Below are positions 35,889 through 49,085 of a stretch of DNA of 64,000 nucleotides, piece after piece; positions within the stretch are counted from its first letter, which is position 1; every line of letters starts with the position of its first letter. Made by a program: the position numbers and the translations under genes. The DNA lies in the NCBI RefSeq assembly GCF_022045235.1, contig NW_027266297.1, positions 25,916,001 through 25,980,000 of the forward strand. The letters run 5' to 3'. Source of the stretch: Haliotis cracherodii (taxonomy: Eukaryota). The notes beneath the pieces were generated by a model, which was not told the DNA's origin, ran no database searches, and worked only from the letters and a program-made list of their open reading frames with translations.

Positions 35889-36365
35889 CATCTTCCCGAG
35901 GCAAGGGAGTTAACTGACCCTAAAGGTCTAGTTTCTACCCTTGCCGAACTAGGCCGGTATTTTGGGGGTTGATCGTAACGCCACCAGTGGCTATTACGAG
36001 TTATGTCCCTCCTATTGACCAATTATATTCCACCTTTCATATCATTTGCACTTGCTTCAAACAAAATGGCGGTGCCCAGTCATGACGTTCTGATCGATGA
36101 GCAGATATATATTGTAATATAACGAGTCTTTCCTAGCAAAGTGCATCAAAACACGTGAGAACCTTGACTAAACACAGGAAAAGATTTGGAAAATATGTGT
36201 CATCGCCCAGTTGACGGTACACATCTTTTGCAAATCCTGCACTCGACCGAAAACTGCACGTTGAAATCCATGTTGTTTACGAACCGGATGTCGATCTCCT
36301 TACGCGATTTTGATTGGACTATGCATAGACTGACAGTCACTTAACTCCCTTGCCTCGGGAAGATG
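35889..36365. mobile_element. MITE copy 2 (family of 25691-26211)
   Basis: catcttcccgaggcaagggagttaa ... ttaactcccttgcctcgggaagatg. Colinear interior including caaaatggcgg. Confidence 0.88.
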
Positions 36366-36374
36366 TAATGCCCT

Positions 36375-36890
36375 ATGAAGAATCCTGGTTAGAATTGGAA
36401 CTCGGCAGCCTATGCTGGTCGTAAAAGGCTACCAGAAATAATTCAGGCACGGTCACGTGTCATCGTACCCCGACGACGTGGATCATTGTTCACAATGTCC
36501 ATCACTGGATTGTCTGATCCAGACTCGGGGGCACGGGTGGCCCAGTCGTCTAAGGCGCCGCGATTCGCTGTGCAGAGTTGCGTCCCTTGGGCACACCAGA
36601 AACCTATGGTTGTGGGTTCGAATCCCGGTTCGCCCCGATTATGTTTCTAGGTTTGTCAGAACCATACCCGTGCTCGTGGGTTTCACCGAAGTGGTAAACG
36701 TCTGAGACCTGCATCACTTCGGGCTTTCCTCTAACATTAAGCTGACACGCCGCGATATAACTGGAATACTGTTAAAAGCGGCATTAAACCCAACTCACTC
36801 ACTCACTCACTGATCCAGACTCGATTATTTACAGGTCGCAGTCATTTAGCTGGAACATTGCTGAGTGCGGCGATAAACAACAAATAAATA
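36375..36890 (+). mobile_element. Family C copy interrupted by a family B SINE
   Basis: Family C sequence resumes after the insertion (tgatccagactcgattatttacag..tagctggaacattgctgagtgcggcg). Confidence 0.8.
36527..36810 (+). mobile_element. SINE family B, full-length reference copy
   Basis: A-box-like TGGCCCAGTCGTCTAAGGCG, B box GTGGGTTCGAATCCC, (ACTC)n tail. 14-bp TSD ctgatccagactcg. Confidence 0.93.
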
Positions 36891-37074
36891 ATCTTCCTTA
36901 ATAAAGTATGGTCAAATATAACATTCCCGGGAAACGCTAATACGCCGCAATTTGCTGTGATATGATCTCCATGACAGAACCATGTGGGTTTTACTGACTC
37001 ACTCACCGATGTGTTGGTGTTTCTTAAACAAACGTGGCTGCAAATACTGACGGACTATATGTTGTCATATCAAC

Positions 37075-39265
37075 GGATGTAACATATATAGTGGTGGTAG
37101 TGGACGTGACAGAGGTTGTGGTGGTAGTGGACGTGGCAGACGTAGAGTGGTAGAAGATGTAACAGACGTTGAGGTGGTGGTGGTGGACGTGACAGACGTA
37201 CTGATGGTAGTAGATGTAACAGACATAGTGGTGGTAGTAGATGTAACAGACGTAGTGGTGGTAGTAAATGTAACAGACGCAGTGGTGGTAGTAAATGTAA
37301 CAGACGTAGTGGTGGTAGTAAATGTAACAGACGTAGTGGTGGTAGTAAATGTAACAGACGCAGTGGTGGTAGTAAATGTAACAGACGTAGTGGTGGTAGT
37401 AAATGTAACAGACGTAGTGGTGGTAGTAAATGTAACAGACGTAGTGGTGGTAGTAAATGTAACAGACGTAGTGGTGGTAGTAAATGTAACAGACGTAGTG
37501 GTGGTAGTAAATGTAACAGACGTAGTGGTGGTAGTAAATGTAACAGACGCAGTGGTGGTAGTAAATGTAACAGACGTAGTGGTGGTAGTAGATGTAACAG
37601 ACGTAGTGGTGGTAGTAAATGTAACAGACGTAGTGGTGGTAGTAAATGTAACAGACGCAGTGGTGGTAGTAAATGTAACAGACGCAGTGGTGGTAGTAGA
37701 TGTAACAGACGTAATGGTGGTAGAAGATGTAACAGATGAGTGAGTGGGTGAGTGAGTGAGTATAGTTGAACGCCGCTTTTAGCAATATTCCAGCGATATC
37801 ACGGCGGGGGACACCTTAAATGGGTCCAACAGATGAGGTGGTGGTAGTAGATGTAACAGACGTGGTGGTTGTGGAGGTGTGGTAGTGGACGTGACAGACG
37901 TAGTGGTGGTAGAAGATGTAACAGATGAGGTGGTGGTAGTAGATGTAACAGACGTGGTGGTTGTGGAGGTGTGGTAGTGGACGTGACAGACGTAGTGGTG
38001 GTAGAAGATGTAACAGATGAGGTGGTGGTAGAAGATGTAACAGATGTGGTGGTTGTGGAGGTGGTGGTAGTAGATGTTACAGACGTGGTGGTGGTAGAAG
38101 ATGTAACAGATGAGGTGGTGGTAGTAGATGTGACAAACGTGGTTGTGGTAGTAGATGTAACAGATAAGGTGGTGGTAGTAGATGTGACAGACGTAGTGGT
38201 GGTAGAAGATGTAACAGATGAGGTGGTGGTAGTAGATGTTACAGACGTGGTGGTTGTGGAGGTGGTGGTAGTGGACGTGACAGACGCAGTGGTGATAGAA
38301 GATGTAACAGACGTAGTGGTGGTAGAAGATGAAACAGATGAGGTGTTGGTAGTAGATGTAACAGACATGGTGGTTGTGGAGGTGGTTGTAGTTGACGTGA
38401 CAGAAGTAGTGGTGGTAGTAGATGTAACAGACGCAGTGGTGGTAGTAGATGTAACAGACGCAGTGGTGGTAGTAGATGTAACAGACGTAATGGTGGTAGT
38501 AGATGTAACAGAAGTAGTGGTGGTAGTAGATGTAACAGAAGTAGTGGTGGTAGTAGATGTAACAGACGCGGTGGTTGTGAAGGTGGTGGTAGTGGACGTG
38601 ACACACGTAGTGGTGGTAGAAGATGTAACAGACGTAGTGGTGGTAGTAGATGTAACAGACGCAGTGGTGGTAGAAGATGTAACAGGCATAGTGGTGGCAG
38701 TAGATGTAACAGACGTAGTGGTGGCAGTAGATGTAACAGACGTAGTGGTGGTAGAAGATGTAACAGACGCAGTGGTGGTAGTAGATGTAACAGACGCAGT
38801 GGTTGTAGTAGATGTAACAGACGCAGTGGTGGTAGAAGATGTAACAGGCATAGTGGTGGCAGTAGATGTAACAGACGTAGTGGTGGTAGAAGATGTAACA
38901 GACGCAGTGGTGGTAGTAGATGTAACAGACGCAGTGGTTGTAGTGATGTAACAGACGTAATGGTGGTAGTAGATGTAACAGAAGTAGTGGTGGTAGTAGA
39001 TGTAACAGATGTAGTGGTGGTAGAAGATGTAACAGACGTAGTGGTGGTAGTAGATGTAACAGACGCATTGGTGGTAGTAGATGTAACAGACACAGTGATG
39101 GTAGTAGATGTAACAGACGTAATAGTGGTAGTATAATTATGTAACAGACGCAGTGGTGGTAGTAGATGTAACAGACGCAGTGATGGTAGTAGATGTAACA
39201 GACGTAATGGTGGTAGTATAATTATGTTACAGACACAGTGGTGGTAGTAGATGTAACAGATGTAG
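37075..39265. repeat. 27-bp minisatellite with shorter variants (gtagtggtggtagta(a/g)atgtaacagac), with a family A tail fragment at ~37739-37825
   Basis: Direct inspection. It produces the poly-V/T/YHH ORFs. Confidence 0.96.
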
Positions 39266-40499
39266 TTCTGCACATGATACCCATCATTTTAGTTTCAATA
39301 TAGGTCTTAAGCTCAGAGGAACTAATTATTTCCTTGAATAAAATCGAAAGTACCTAATCTTAATATCATCAAATGAAGACTATAAGCAGAAATACTACAT
39401 TAAGTTTGTTAGTGTGCACCCCCCCCCCCCCCCCCCCCCCCCCGCGAGACGCTGCAGTGCCTGTTATTGGGTTATGCAGCTCACGTACCGATCAAACAAG
39501 GAAATAAAGCCAAGTCACCGTATACGCCCGGAGCAGTGTTTGTAACGTTCTACTTCCTGGTAACACAAGGTAATCATTCATCTCACAATCACGGGATGGA
39601 CATTTTTTTATTAGTTTGTTAGCATTTTGAAACTGAAAGCCGATTGTTCATATTTCGCAAAACTTGAAAATCAAAGACCAAAATTAGAAAGAGTATCCTG
39701 GTAAAACATCCTTATTATGAATCATATGAAATGAATATGCTTTGGTCACTGCTTCAGTATTATAGTGAGTGTGTGAGTGAGTGAGTGAATGAGTTGGGTT
39801 TAACGCCGCTTTTAACAGTATTCCAGTTATATCGCGGCGTTTCAGTATTATTACTTCCCCGTAGTTGCCTACGCCATCAGCGATGAGTTCCGTTTCATTG
39901 TCTGTAGACGGGGACTCAATATAACTTGAATACTCTCTTAATAAATGAGTGAAATATTTGGGTTTAAAGCTCTTTAAGTCTCAGACGTTTACAACTGTGG
40001 TGAAACCCTTATGCTTGGGTATGGTGCTGACATCATTATCATGGCGAATCTGGGATTCGAACCCATTCTCTTTATAAGGACGTGTTTGTAACTATAATAT
40101 ACTTAAAACGCGGTGTTTTCGACAAAACGTCTGACTTAATCGAGCCATCTGCAATATATAACGAGCAAATTCAACAAGACAACGCTCACATTATTTAGAC
40201 ACGTGACATATGCACGTTGTAACACCAAGAACAACGCTCAAATTAATTTTGCACATACACTTGTCTTGCGAATGTCATGCTATCTGTACGGTAATCAGTA
40301 AAATCTGCCATTTGGCCCTTTTATGTGCAGGTAATGTAGTGTTAGGAGAAAGCGAATATTTGACATAGACATTCAGTTTTACTTTGTCCATTCCGGTTGA
40401 GTTGAAGTCAGCGTTCTTCATATCGCTTCATTGTGATAATACGTAGGTTTTTTTAACTGTGTTAGAAATTACCATTGTCGGAATATTTTATCCGTAGTT

Positions 40500-40928
40500 A
40501 GTGAGTGAGTGAGTATGGTTTTACGTCGCTTTTAGCAATATTCCAGCAATATAACTGCTCGGGACATCAGAAAAAAATGGGGGGAACGGGTGGTCCAGTC
40601 GTCTAAGGCGCCGCGATTCGCTGTGCAGAGTTGCGTCCCCTGGACACGCCAGAAACCTATGATTGTGGGTTCGAATCCCGGTTCCCCCGATTATGTTTCT
40701 AGGATTGTCAGCACCATACCCGTGCTCGTGGGTTTCACCGAAGTGGTAAACGTCTGAGATCTCACATTAAGCTGGCACGCCGCGATATAAATGGAATAAT
40801 GTTAAAAGCGGCGTTAAACCCAACTCACTCACTCACTCACATCAGAAAATGGGCGTAATGGGTAATTGAACCCAGACTTTCGGTGTGACGAGCTAACGCT
40901 TTGACCACTCAGCTACCCCACCGACCCT
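40500..40928 (-). mobile_element. SINE family A interrupted by family B
   Basis: Family A tail at 40500-40575 and head at 40841-40928. Confidence 0.85.
40579..40840 (+). mobile_element. SINE family B nested in family A
   Basis: Full head, body and tail. Duplicated target acatcagaaaa..tgg. Confidence 0.9.
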
Positions 40929-41513
40929 TTAATTAATGTGTATCCGAAAGCATATTATGAAAACGAAAGTGATTAAAAGTCGGTGTATTTGGAATACATA
41001 AATATTTATTGTTATGATTGACATAGAAATACGCATGCATAATGTACATAATATATATACATACATACATGATGTAAATAAAATTTTCCTGTTGCATATA
41101 ACCATCACTTACACCACTCTAGGTTCCTTTTCACAAAGCTACCACTTAACGCCTGGCGTTTGTATATGTTACTGGATACGTTCGCTTTGTGAAACATAAC
41201 GTAAGCCTCCACAGTGACAGTTTAAAACACACTCAAGAATAAAAATAGCTATTCTGATTTTTCTTATTGTGAATTTTGAGAAGTCTGAAACTCTAAATTG
41301 TTAGTACCTCTTTAGCTTATTATCTCAAAACTGTTGAACAGAATGTCTTATCACTGCAATTCAACTAATAGAAAAGAATTAATGCTTCAGGCTTGAAGTA
41401 TATATCTTACTGTTTCTGAAAACATGTTCATAACGTTAGAACATCAAACCAATTTCTCATCGCTTGGGCGCAAGCGACAAGAGTGACATTTCCGTGTTGA
41501 ATATATAATTTCA

Positions 41514-41613
41514 NNNNNNNNNNNNNNNNNNNNNNNNNNNNNNNNNNNNNNNNNNNNNNNNNNNNNNNNNNNNNNNNNNNNNNNNNNNNNNNNNNNNNNN
41601 NNNNNNNNNNNNN
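41514..41613. other. Assembly gap (N run)
   Basis: Run of N. Confidence 1.
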
Positions 41614-42271
41614 AAGCATTCTCTGCTCAACTACCCTGTACCCACGCCATGAAACAAACAAAATAATCAAATAGAATGTAATAACTTCCTCCACAGACCC
41701 TCCAACAATGAAACAAACAAAAAGGGCAAAAAAAATTAAAAACTTTAAATGGTAAGAAATTTACAAAAGAAAGATAGGAAAAGTACGAAAAATATATACC
41801 ATGGTCAATCTTTTCGCTTCAGGCCCAGGCACTATTTTCTCCGCGGACGAATATCACTGGTCTTGACACTCTGCCCAACGTTTTCTCGTGTGACGAGGGC
41901 GGGGCCGGGGTCATGGTCAAGAAGGGGAGTGAACTCCCAAGTTGGTGGAATCTAGCGTTCCAGTCTCTCTATTTGTCTGGCGGTTACAACTCCCTGTGTA
42001 CTAATGCCCAGGTCAAGTATAACTGTGAGTATACAATCAATCTCATATCACTTTATGAGAGAACTGCATTCCTCACTTAAAGTTAATAGTTTTACCAAAC
42101 ACCTGCTTATGGGTCATGGACAGAAAAAATAGTATTTTTTAACGGAATTTCTATGACATAATGGAGTGACTGAGTGAGTGATTATTGATTTACTACGTCG
42201 TAACGGCAATTTTGTATAGAACAAAATGGAAGATCATAAATACATATGTTGTCATTGATTATATTTAGCTT

Positions 42272-42319
<48 letters not shown>

Positions 42320-42775
42320 AGAGGGAGAGGGGATGTATGAAAAAACGCCAACATAGATTCTTTTCCCTTTAACAATGTTGAAATAATATGTTAAACAATG
42401 ACACTTTTAAAAAGGGGTTTGAAATTTCTTTCAATTGCATATAAAATTTCCCTCGGGTTATTATGAAACAAGTGTTGAATATGTCGAGTTCATCTTTTCA
42501 GATAGGGTCTGTGGTTAAATTTGTGAAGCTCATTTCTGGTCTCCCGCCGTGATATAGCTGGAATACTGCTAAAAGCGGCGTAAAATCATACTCACTAAGT
42601 CACACACTCTTTTCAGATAAGGTTAGATGCCTGCCGCCTCCTGCATCACAGCCTCAAGAGGTCTTGAAGACGGACAGCCTTAATCCCTGGTGGCGAGACA
42701 TTAAGACTAGACGCAACCATTAACTGAGGAAGGACTCTTACAGATATTTGTATTTCAACACTCAACTTCTACATA

Positions 42776-42965
42776 CAGTCAACCCTGACCATCATATGAA
42801 ACATCTTTAATCCGGATGTTCCCGGTAAAAGCGTCGAAACAAACACAATGTCCGGATTTAACGAGTCATGGTTAAGGATTGTCAGCCCATCGTATACACG
42901 TTCCAGCAGGTATATTTTAGGGGTGTTTCCGGATTTGCGGGGTCCTGAATAACGAGGTTACATTG
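42776..42965. mobile_element. Degenerate TA-flanked MITE (pogo/Tigger-like)
   Basis: ta|cagtcaaccct ... cgaggttacattg|ta with internal tccgga repeats. Confidence 0.4.
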
Positions 42966-44879
42966 TACACAGTTCTGCTACAGATATCTGTTTAACTGAA
43001 GCCTCCATTGTAGTCCTGGACACCAGTACCTTGCTGTATTAATAGATCAGATGGTAGAGCCATTCACTGCCGTATTCGTACCAGACACTCCATGCATTGA
43101 GAAATCTCACTGGATGAAAAAAATGTGTTTTCTAGTGTTCTAATTTTAGCGTAGGTCGTAGTTTTGTAGTTATATAAGAATGATGCAAGTTAATAGTAAG
43201 AATCTCCAATGTTTCTATCCTGTTTCAGTTCATCTGTAGTCCCTTCATCATTTGATTCTCACAAGTTTATATTATTTTTAGTTTCAGAATAGCTTTTGTT
43301 CTATTTTATATATATTTTATATTATAGTATATAATTCAAATAAAAATATACATGTATTTCTAAAAAGGGTTTGTCGTTCTGTTTTTATTCAGACATTACA
43401 CAGACATATTCTGCTGACATGATCATCTAATGTGTAATGTCTCTCGTTGAGAAATGTATTATACCCTCTGCACGAGGTGAAATAATCGAACCTTGGCGGC
43501 AGTCGTAAGTCTATGTTAAATACGGCACTTGAAGATATGTTTGTCCAATGGACTTTGTTTTGCGGCAGCGAGAACTCAGATCTGATTTTAATGAGATTGG
43601 TCAAATGGCTTCCCTGACAAGACAGTTGGTGATTTAAATCGTGCTTGCAGCGATCCACGCCGACGGAGCAAGACGACAACGACGTCAACCAAGTCACAAT
43701 CCTGAACACCCGATCCTATAATTCGCTCTTGCGACCAGCATATGTCGCCGGGGATCCTGACGATCTCGTCAAGTAAAGTCTTTCACAACATCACTCATTA
43801 CAATGCACCTGGCAAATAAGTCCAGCAAGTGAAACGATGTAAGGTAGACGAGCAAACGATGAACTAAGGGACGTAACTCTAATTTCTGAACGCCCGGGCT
43901 GATGTCGATCGCCCATTCAAAATGCATTGACAAATATGAACGCGGCATTTGGGTGTAATATGGGTCTGGTTATGATATCCCTTGTGATATGACCGTGACA
44001 GTGTTGTTATACCGCACATGCAAAATGCTTCATATCACTGACATAAATGCTAATAATATATGATATATCATATTAGTTTACCATGGGTGGAAAAACGGAT
44101 ACCATTCCTTGGCCCTAAGCATATTTTAAGAAGTAGTGTTGCACACGAACACTCGACTATTCCGGCCCGATGAAAGGGAGGTAACTCTTGTATGATTTCT
44201 TAATGCCTCCCCACTTTCCAGTGTTGACAACTGGATTGTCTCCCTTTCACTATTACATGCTGTCGACATTACTGACTAATTCTACTTTATTAAGCGATAT
44301 CTTTCAGTCATGTGTTGTTAAAAACAATACGTTAAGTATATGTGTGAATCAAACTTGTGAAACTGGTTTGCCAAATTCCAATTGATGAATAAATTATAAT
44401 TACGGCCACAGCAAATTAATTATTTGTTCTTTGGAATGTTGTGTCAAGTACGTTTCATACCTTTTTGCAAGTAAAAACGTCCCTTAACTGATTGCACGTA
44501 TTTGTTCTAGTCTCTCCTACCCTGCTTGTTGGGTGATACTCGTGTAGGTACTCAAACCTTCGTCCACCAGTTTTTACAAAAAAGATTATGTAACTTGTGG
44601 ACATACACAAGGGGTATTTTATATTTCAAAACTATCAGTCAATTCGACTTATTTTATTGTTGTTTTAAATGTGCCCTGACAAGGTTCGCACCTCACGCTC
44701 AGCCTGCCAACAGCCTTCTTTGACTGGTGTGATGTGGTGCGACTTTCAGTGGCATCTGTCGGCCTGTCTGTAATGTATTGTGTATCTTTCGCATAATGAA
44801 ATCCGATACATTGTGATGAACAGCCCCGTTTCACAAAGAAAACATAGCTTTATGACTGTCGTAAGTCTATGTTAAAGTA

Positions 44880-45110
44880 GACCCGTGAAGATCCGGGGTA
44901 GAATAGGTCTTCAGCAACTCATGCTTGCCGTAAACGGTGACTATGCTTGTCATGAAAGGCGACTAACGTGATCGGGTGGTCAGGCTTGCTGACTTGGTTG
45001 ATGCACGTCATCGATCCCAATTGCGTGGATCGATGCTTATGATGTCAATCACTGGATTGTCTGGTCCAGACAGCTGGAATATTGCCGAAAGTGGCAATAA
45101 ACAACAAAAA
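44880..45110 (+). mobile_element. Family C, 5'-intact
   Basis: Begins gacccgtgaagatccggggtagaataggtcttcagc. Confidence 0.88.
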
Positions 45111-45356
45111 GGGGCGGACAGTTGCCACCCTGGATTTTTTTTTTATAGTGTCTATTGTGTCTAAGGTTTTGAAGTTTTTAATACTGGCGCTTTCATATTC
45201 GGCCATCGATGATGTGTCCATTACAAAGCAAAACGAAATAAACTTATTTAAAACACTTTACACACACAATAACCTAGTGGTGAATACCTTGAACAGTATA
45301 TCATAGCATATAACGGTTATGTCAAAGCTGTTAAATAGGTAGTCAGTTAGACACTA

Positions 45357-45630
45357 GACCCGTGCAAACCCGGGTAGAATAGGTCTTCAGCCATTCTTCA
45401 ACCCATGCTTGCCATAAAAGGCAGCTATGACTGTGGTAAGAGGCGACTAAAGGGATCGGGTGGTCAGACTCGCTGACTTGATTGATGCATGTCATCGTAT
45501 CCCAATTGCGTGGATCGATGCTCATGATGTCAATCACTGGATTGTCTGGTCCAAACTCGATTATTTACAGACCGCCGTCATATAGCTGTTATATGGCTGA
45601 GTGCGACGTTAAACAACAGACAAACAAAAA
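45357..45630 (+). mobile_element. Family C, full-length
   Basis: Perfect 12-bp TSD agttagacacta (45345-45356, 45631-45642). Confidence 0.92.
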
Positions 45631-45832
45631 AGTTAGACACTATTAGTTGGACATCAGTTCGTTAGACATTTTGAAATAACACAATGCATGGTTGACTGAA
45701 CAACTCAACTGACTGTTACCTCAGGATGATAATGGGATGATCCAGTTCATGAAAAACGAAAACCGGCTTGAAGAGTAAGGTTATTTATTTCGATGTAATG
45801 GACCTTTTCTAGGAAGGATTCTCTTATGATTT

Positions 45833-46085
45833 GGGGGCACGGGTGGCCCAGTCGTCAAAGGTGCCGCGATTCGCTGTGCAGAGTTGCGTCCCTTGGCCAC
45901 GCCAGAAACCTATGATTGTGGGTTCGAATCCCGGTTCGCCCCAATTATGTTTCTAGGTTTGTCAGGGGTTTCACCGAAGTGGTAAACGTTTGAGACCTGC
46001 ATCACTTCGGGCTTTCCCCCCACATTAAGCTGACACGCCGGAATAATGTTAAAAGCGGCGTTAAACCCAACTCACTCACTCACTA
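45833..46085 (+). mobile_element. SINE family B
   Basis: Near-identical head to 36527. Confidence 0.9.
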
Positions 46086-47594
46086 TTAGGATTTCACCAT
46101 GTTGCATGGTGAATAAACATTGATACATAAATTGTACATGAAGCAATAAGGCGAAGTTGGTGGCCAGCACCTTGGACGTACAGTAGTGAAAGAACAGCCT
46201 TGATGACACCTAATTGGTTGGCTACTCCGAGCACGGGTTTGGCATGGTGAGCTAGTTTCTTTTCATAGTATAAGCTGACTTTTGAAATTTGAATGTTATT
46301 TTTATAGAAAAAAAGCCCGACTTAGAGAATAAATTAAAGAGTTCCGAAAAACTAACGTAACATCTTGATGCCACTGTAACGATGCACTCTCGTCATATAC
46401 GATGCATAGAAACTTGGCAACTGCTAGGTGAAACGACGTGTAAGAAAGGAAATACCAAGACTCCCAACTGCAACACGAGTTAATTACAGTAAAAGTGGCT
46501 CGAGATATCTTGTACATGTAGTCAGACTCTAGTAATTTACAATCATTTATTTTAATACAATATTACATATCCTCCTTGTGGCGTCTTGTATTAATACACA
46601 ACATGACGATGGTTACTGGTTTAGCGGCGCACCGGCCCTACGTTTATTACAAAATAAAACACCGTGTTTGTGTCATAGCGTGGTGCATAGTTCTTGTTTT
46701 AGATGTGAAAACAAACTCCTTGTGCTGTATATGTGTCTGAAAGATGAAAATGACAATAAACGTGTTTCGGGAGAACATAACTTTAAGTCGTGTTTTAGGT
46801 ACTGTAAACCGGTGTTAATGAGTGGCTAAAAGTTTCTCAAAAATATCTATTCTATCCGGTTAGCATTATATAATCGGTTAGTTTGTATAATCAGTCGCAA
46901 TCCTTTTGTTTAAAATATTTTCAAATAGCGAAATATAGTTTCAAGACTATTCTACTAGCCCTCCTCCAAATTCCCCATTGGTATTCGATCATGGACATAT
47001 TACGGGCGTTCGAAATGGGATTCGGGTGGCCACTTTTAATATTGCCGGTGACGCGCGGAGCCTTGGTTTAATGTTCACGTCACCGCCCAGTGTCTGTACC
47101 ATGTAGTGTTCAGGACAAGATACGCGGAACACATCATAGTCCTCATTACGATGGTCTCTTGACCTCACTTCCGTTTCTAGTTGAACTTCCGATATTGCGC
47201 GTGAGCACTTGTCGACTTGCTGCTGCGTAGTATGGGGCGTGGTTATACCAGGCCTATTGTCAAGGGGTTTAAGAGGGACTGTTTGAAGTCATATTAACCA
47301 CTGTCGACAAATGTTTCTACTGTTTGAGGAGATACCAACTAAGCCTCTGGACCACTTGAGGCCGCAACTAGCTCGACGTCACGTTAACGTTGTGACGAGA
47401 TCAACGTCTTCAAAGCACGAGCCTTGTAACCCATCGAGTGTCCGCAGGTATTTTGTGCTTTAACTTATACCTTCTAATATCATGTCATCATGTGATAATC
47501 ACCATCAAATAAAGTTTATTTAATTACATTTTAAAACCGAAGTTTCGAACAAAAAAAAACACTTTGTGATGAGATCAACGTCTCATTCAAATCT

Positions 47595-48290
47595 CATACA
47601 CATACGAAACACAGTTAACACAGACACACATACACAATACAAGTAACACGCTAAATATAATGAACATACACACACAATACAAGTAACACATGCACACAAT
47701 ATAATGAACATATACACAATACAATTAACACACGCACACAGTATAATGAACAAATGCACACAATACAAGTAACACAATGTCATGCGAACAATATAATGAA
47801 CAGATACACACAATACAAGTAACACACGCACACAGTTTAATGAACAGATACACACAATACACGTCACACACGCACACAATATAATGAACAGATACACACA
47901 ATACAAGTGACACACGCACACAATATAATGAACAGATACACACAATACAAGTAACACAATGTCATGCTCACAATATAATGAACAGATACATACAATACAA
48001 GTAACACACGCACACAATATAATGAACATATACACACAATACAAGTAACACACGCACATGGTATAATAAACATCTACACACAATACCTGTAACACACGCA
48101 CACAGTTTAATGAACATATACACACAATACAAGTAACACACGCACACAATATAATGACGATATACACACAATACAAGTAACACATGCACACAATATAATA
48201 AAACAGATACACACAATACAAGTGGCACACGCACACAATATAATGAACAGATACACACAATACAAGTCACGCGCATAGGCAATACAAGTA
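47595..48290. repeat. 44-bp AC-rich minisatellite with longer variant units
   Basis: acacacaatacaagtaacacacgcacacaatataatgaacagat repeated ~15 times. Confidence 0.93.
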
Positions 48291-48956
48291 ACTCGCGTGC
48301 AAAAAATAGCAAAAATATATATCTGAGATCGCAAATACATGTAGTGATTTGTCCGCATAATCTGGACTGATTTCAATAACAGTGTCTCCTACATGTAATT
48401 ATACGTAATGGGGTCACTGACACATCTTGCTGAAGCGGACAATAGCAAAGCACTTGAAACACGAGACGAGGAACATCCGTCATTCTCCCGCCAAGTAGAT
48501 GTAGACAGAGCGATATGAATTAATTCACCATAGAAAACGTTATATTTGATGACGTCACGGGTGATGGAAGCAGGGATTGGTTGACCAACAAATTCACAGA
48601 ATCGTGAAATTTTAGGTTTCTGTTTATGGCATTATTTAGTGATTTTCTTATTTCATTTAATCTTAGTTTGTAATGTTGGTACTTACTATTGCTCGACTAT
48701 TGCTGAAAGCGGCGGAAAACCATACTCACTTACTCACTTACGGGCAAAACATTAGAAAGAATAAACCACTTGATAAAAAGTGACTCATACTCCCATTTCT
48801 TGGTGACCCCATACGTACTTTTGACCGGATACGCCAAGAGTTATTATCGTTTCTTGGAACAGTATTTCATCTATGTTACGTGATGTCCGTTTAATGTATA
48901 AGAAGGAAATCCTGAAGTGATGCAGGTCATACACGTTTACCTCTCTGGGGAACCCC

Positions 48957-49085
48957 GGGGCGGTGGGGTAGTCTAGTGGTTAGTGCGTTCGCTCGTCACG
49001 CCAAAGACGTTGGTACAATGTGTGCAGCCCTTTTCTGGTATTCCCCGACGGGATATTGCTGGAATGTTGCTAAACACGGTATATT
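48957..49085 (+). mobile_element. SINE family A nested inside a minus-strand family B fragment (~48890-49125)
   Basis: Flanked by duplicated ctggggaa(a)ccc. Family B sequence on both sides. Confidence 0.75.

Noticed and set aside
37024-39273. Mucin-like Thr-rich, poly-Val and YHH ORFs
   Set aside because: 27-bp minisatellite open on both strands, broken by frameshifting variants and a SINE fragment.
47583-48376. Cys/Val-rich ORFs resembling metallothionein or keratin-associated proteins
   Set aside because: Translation of an AC-rich minisatellite.
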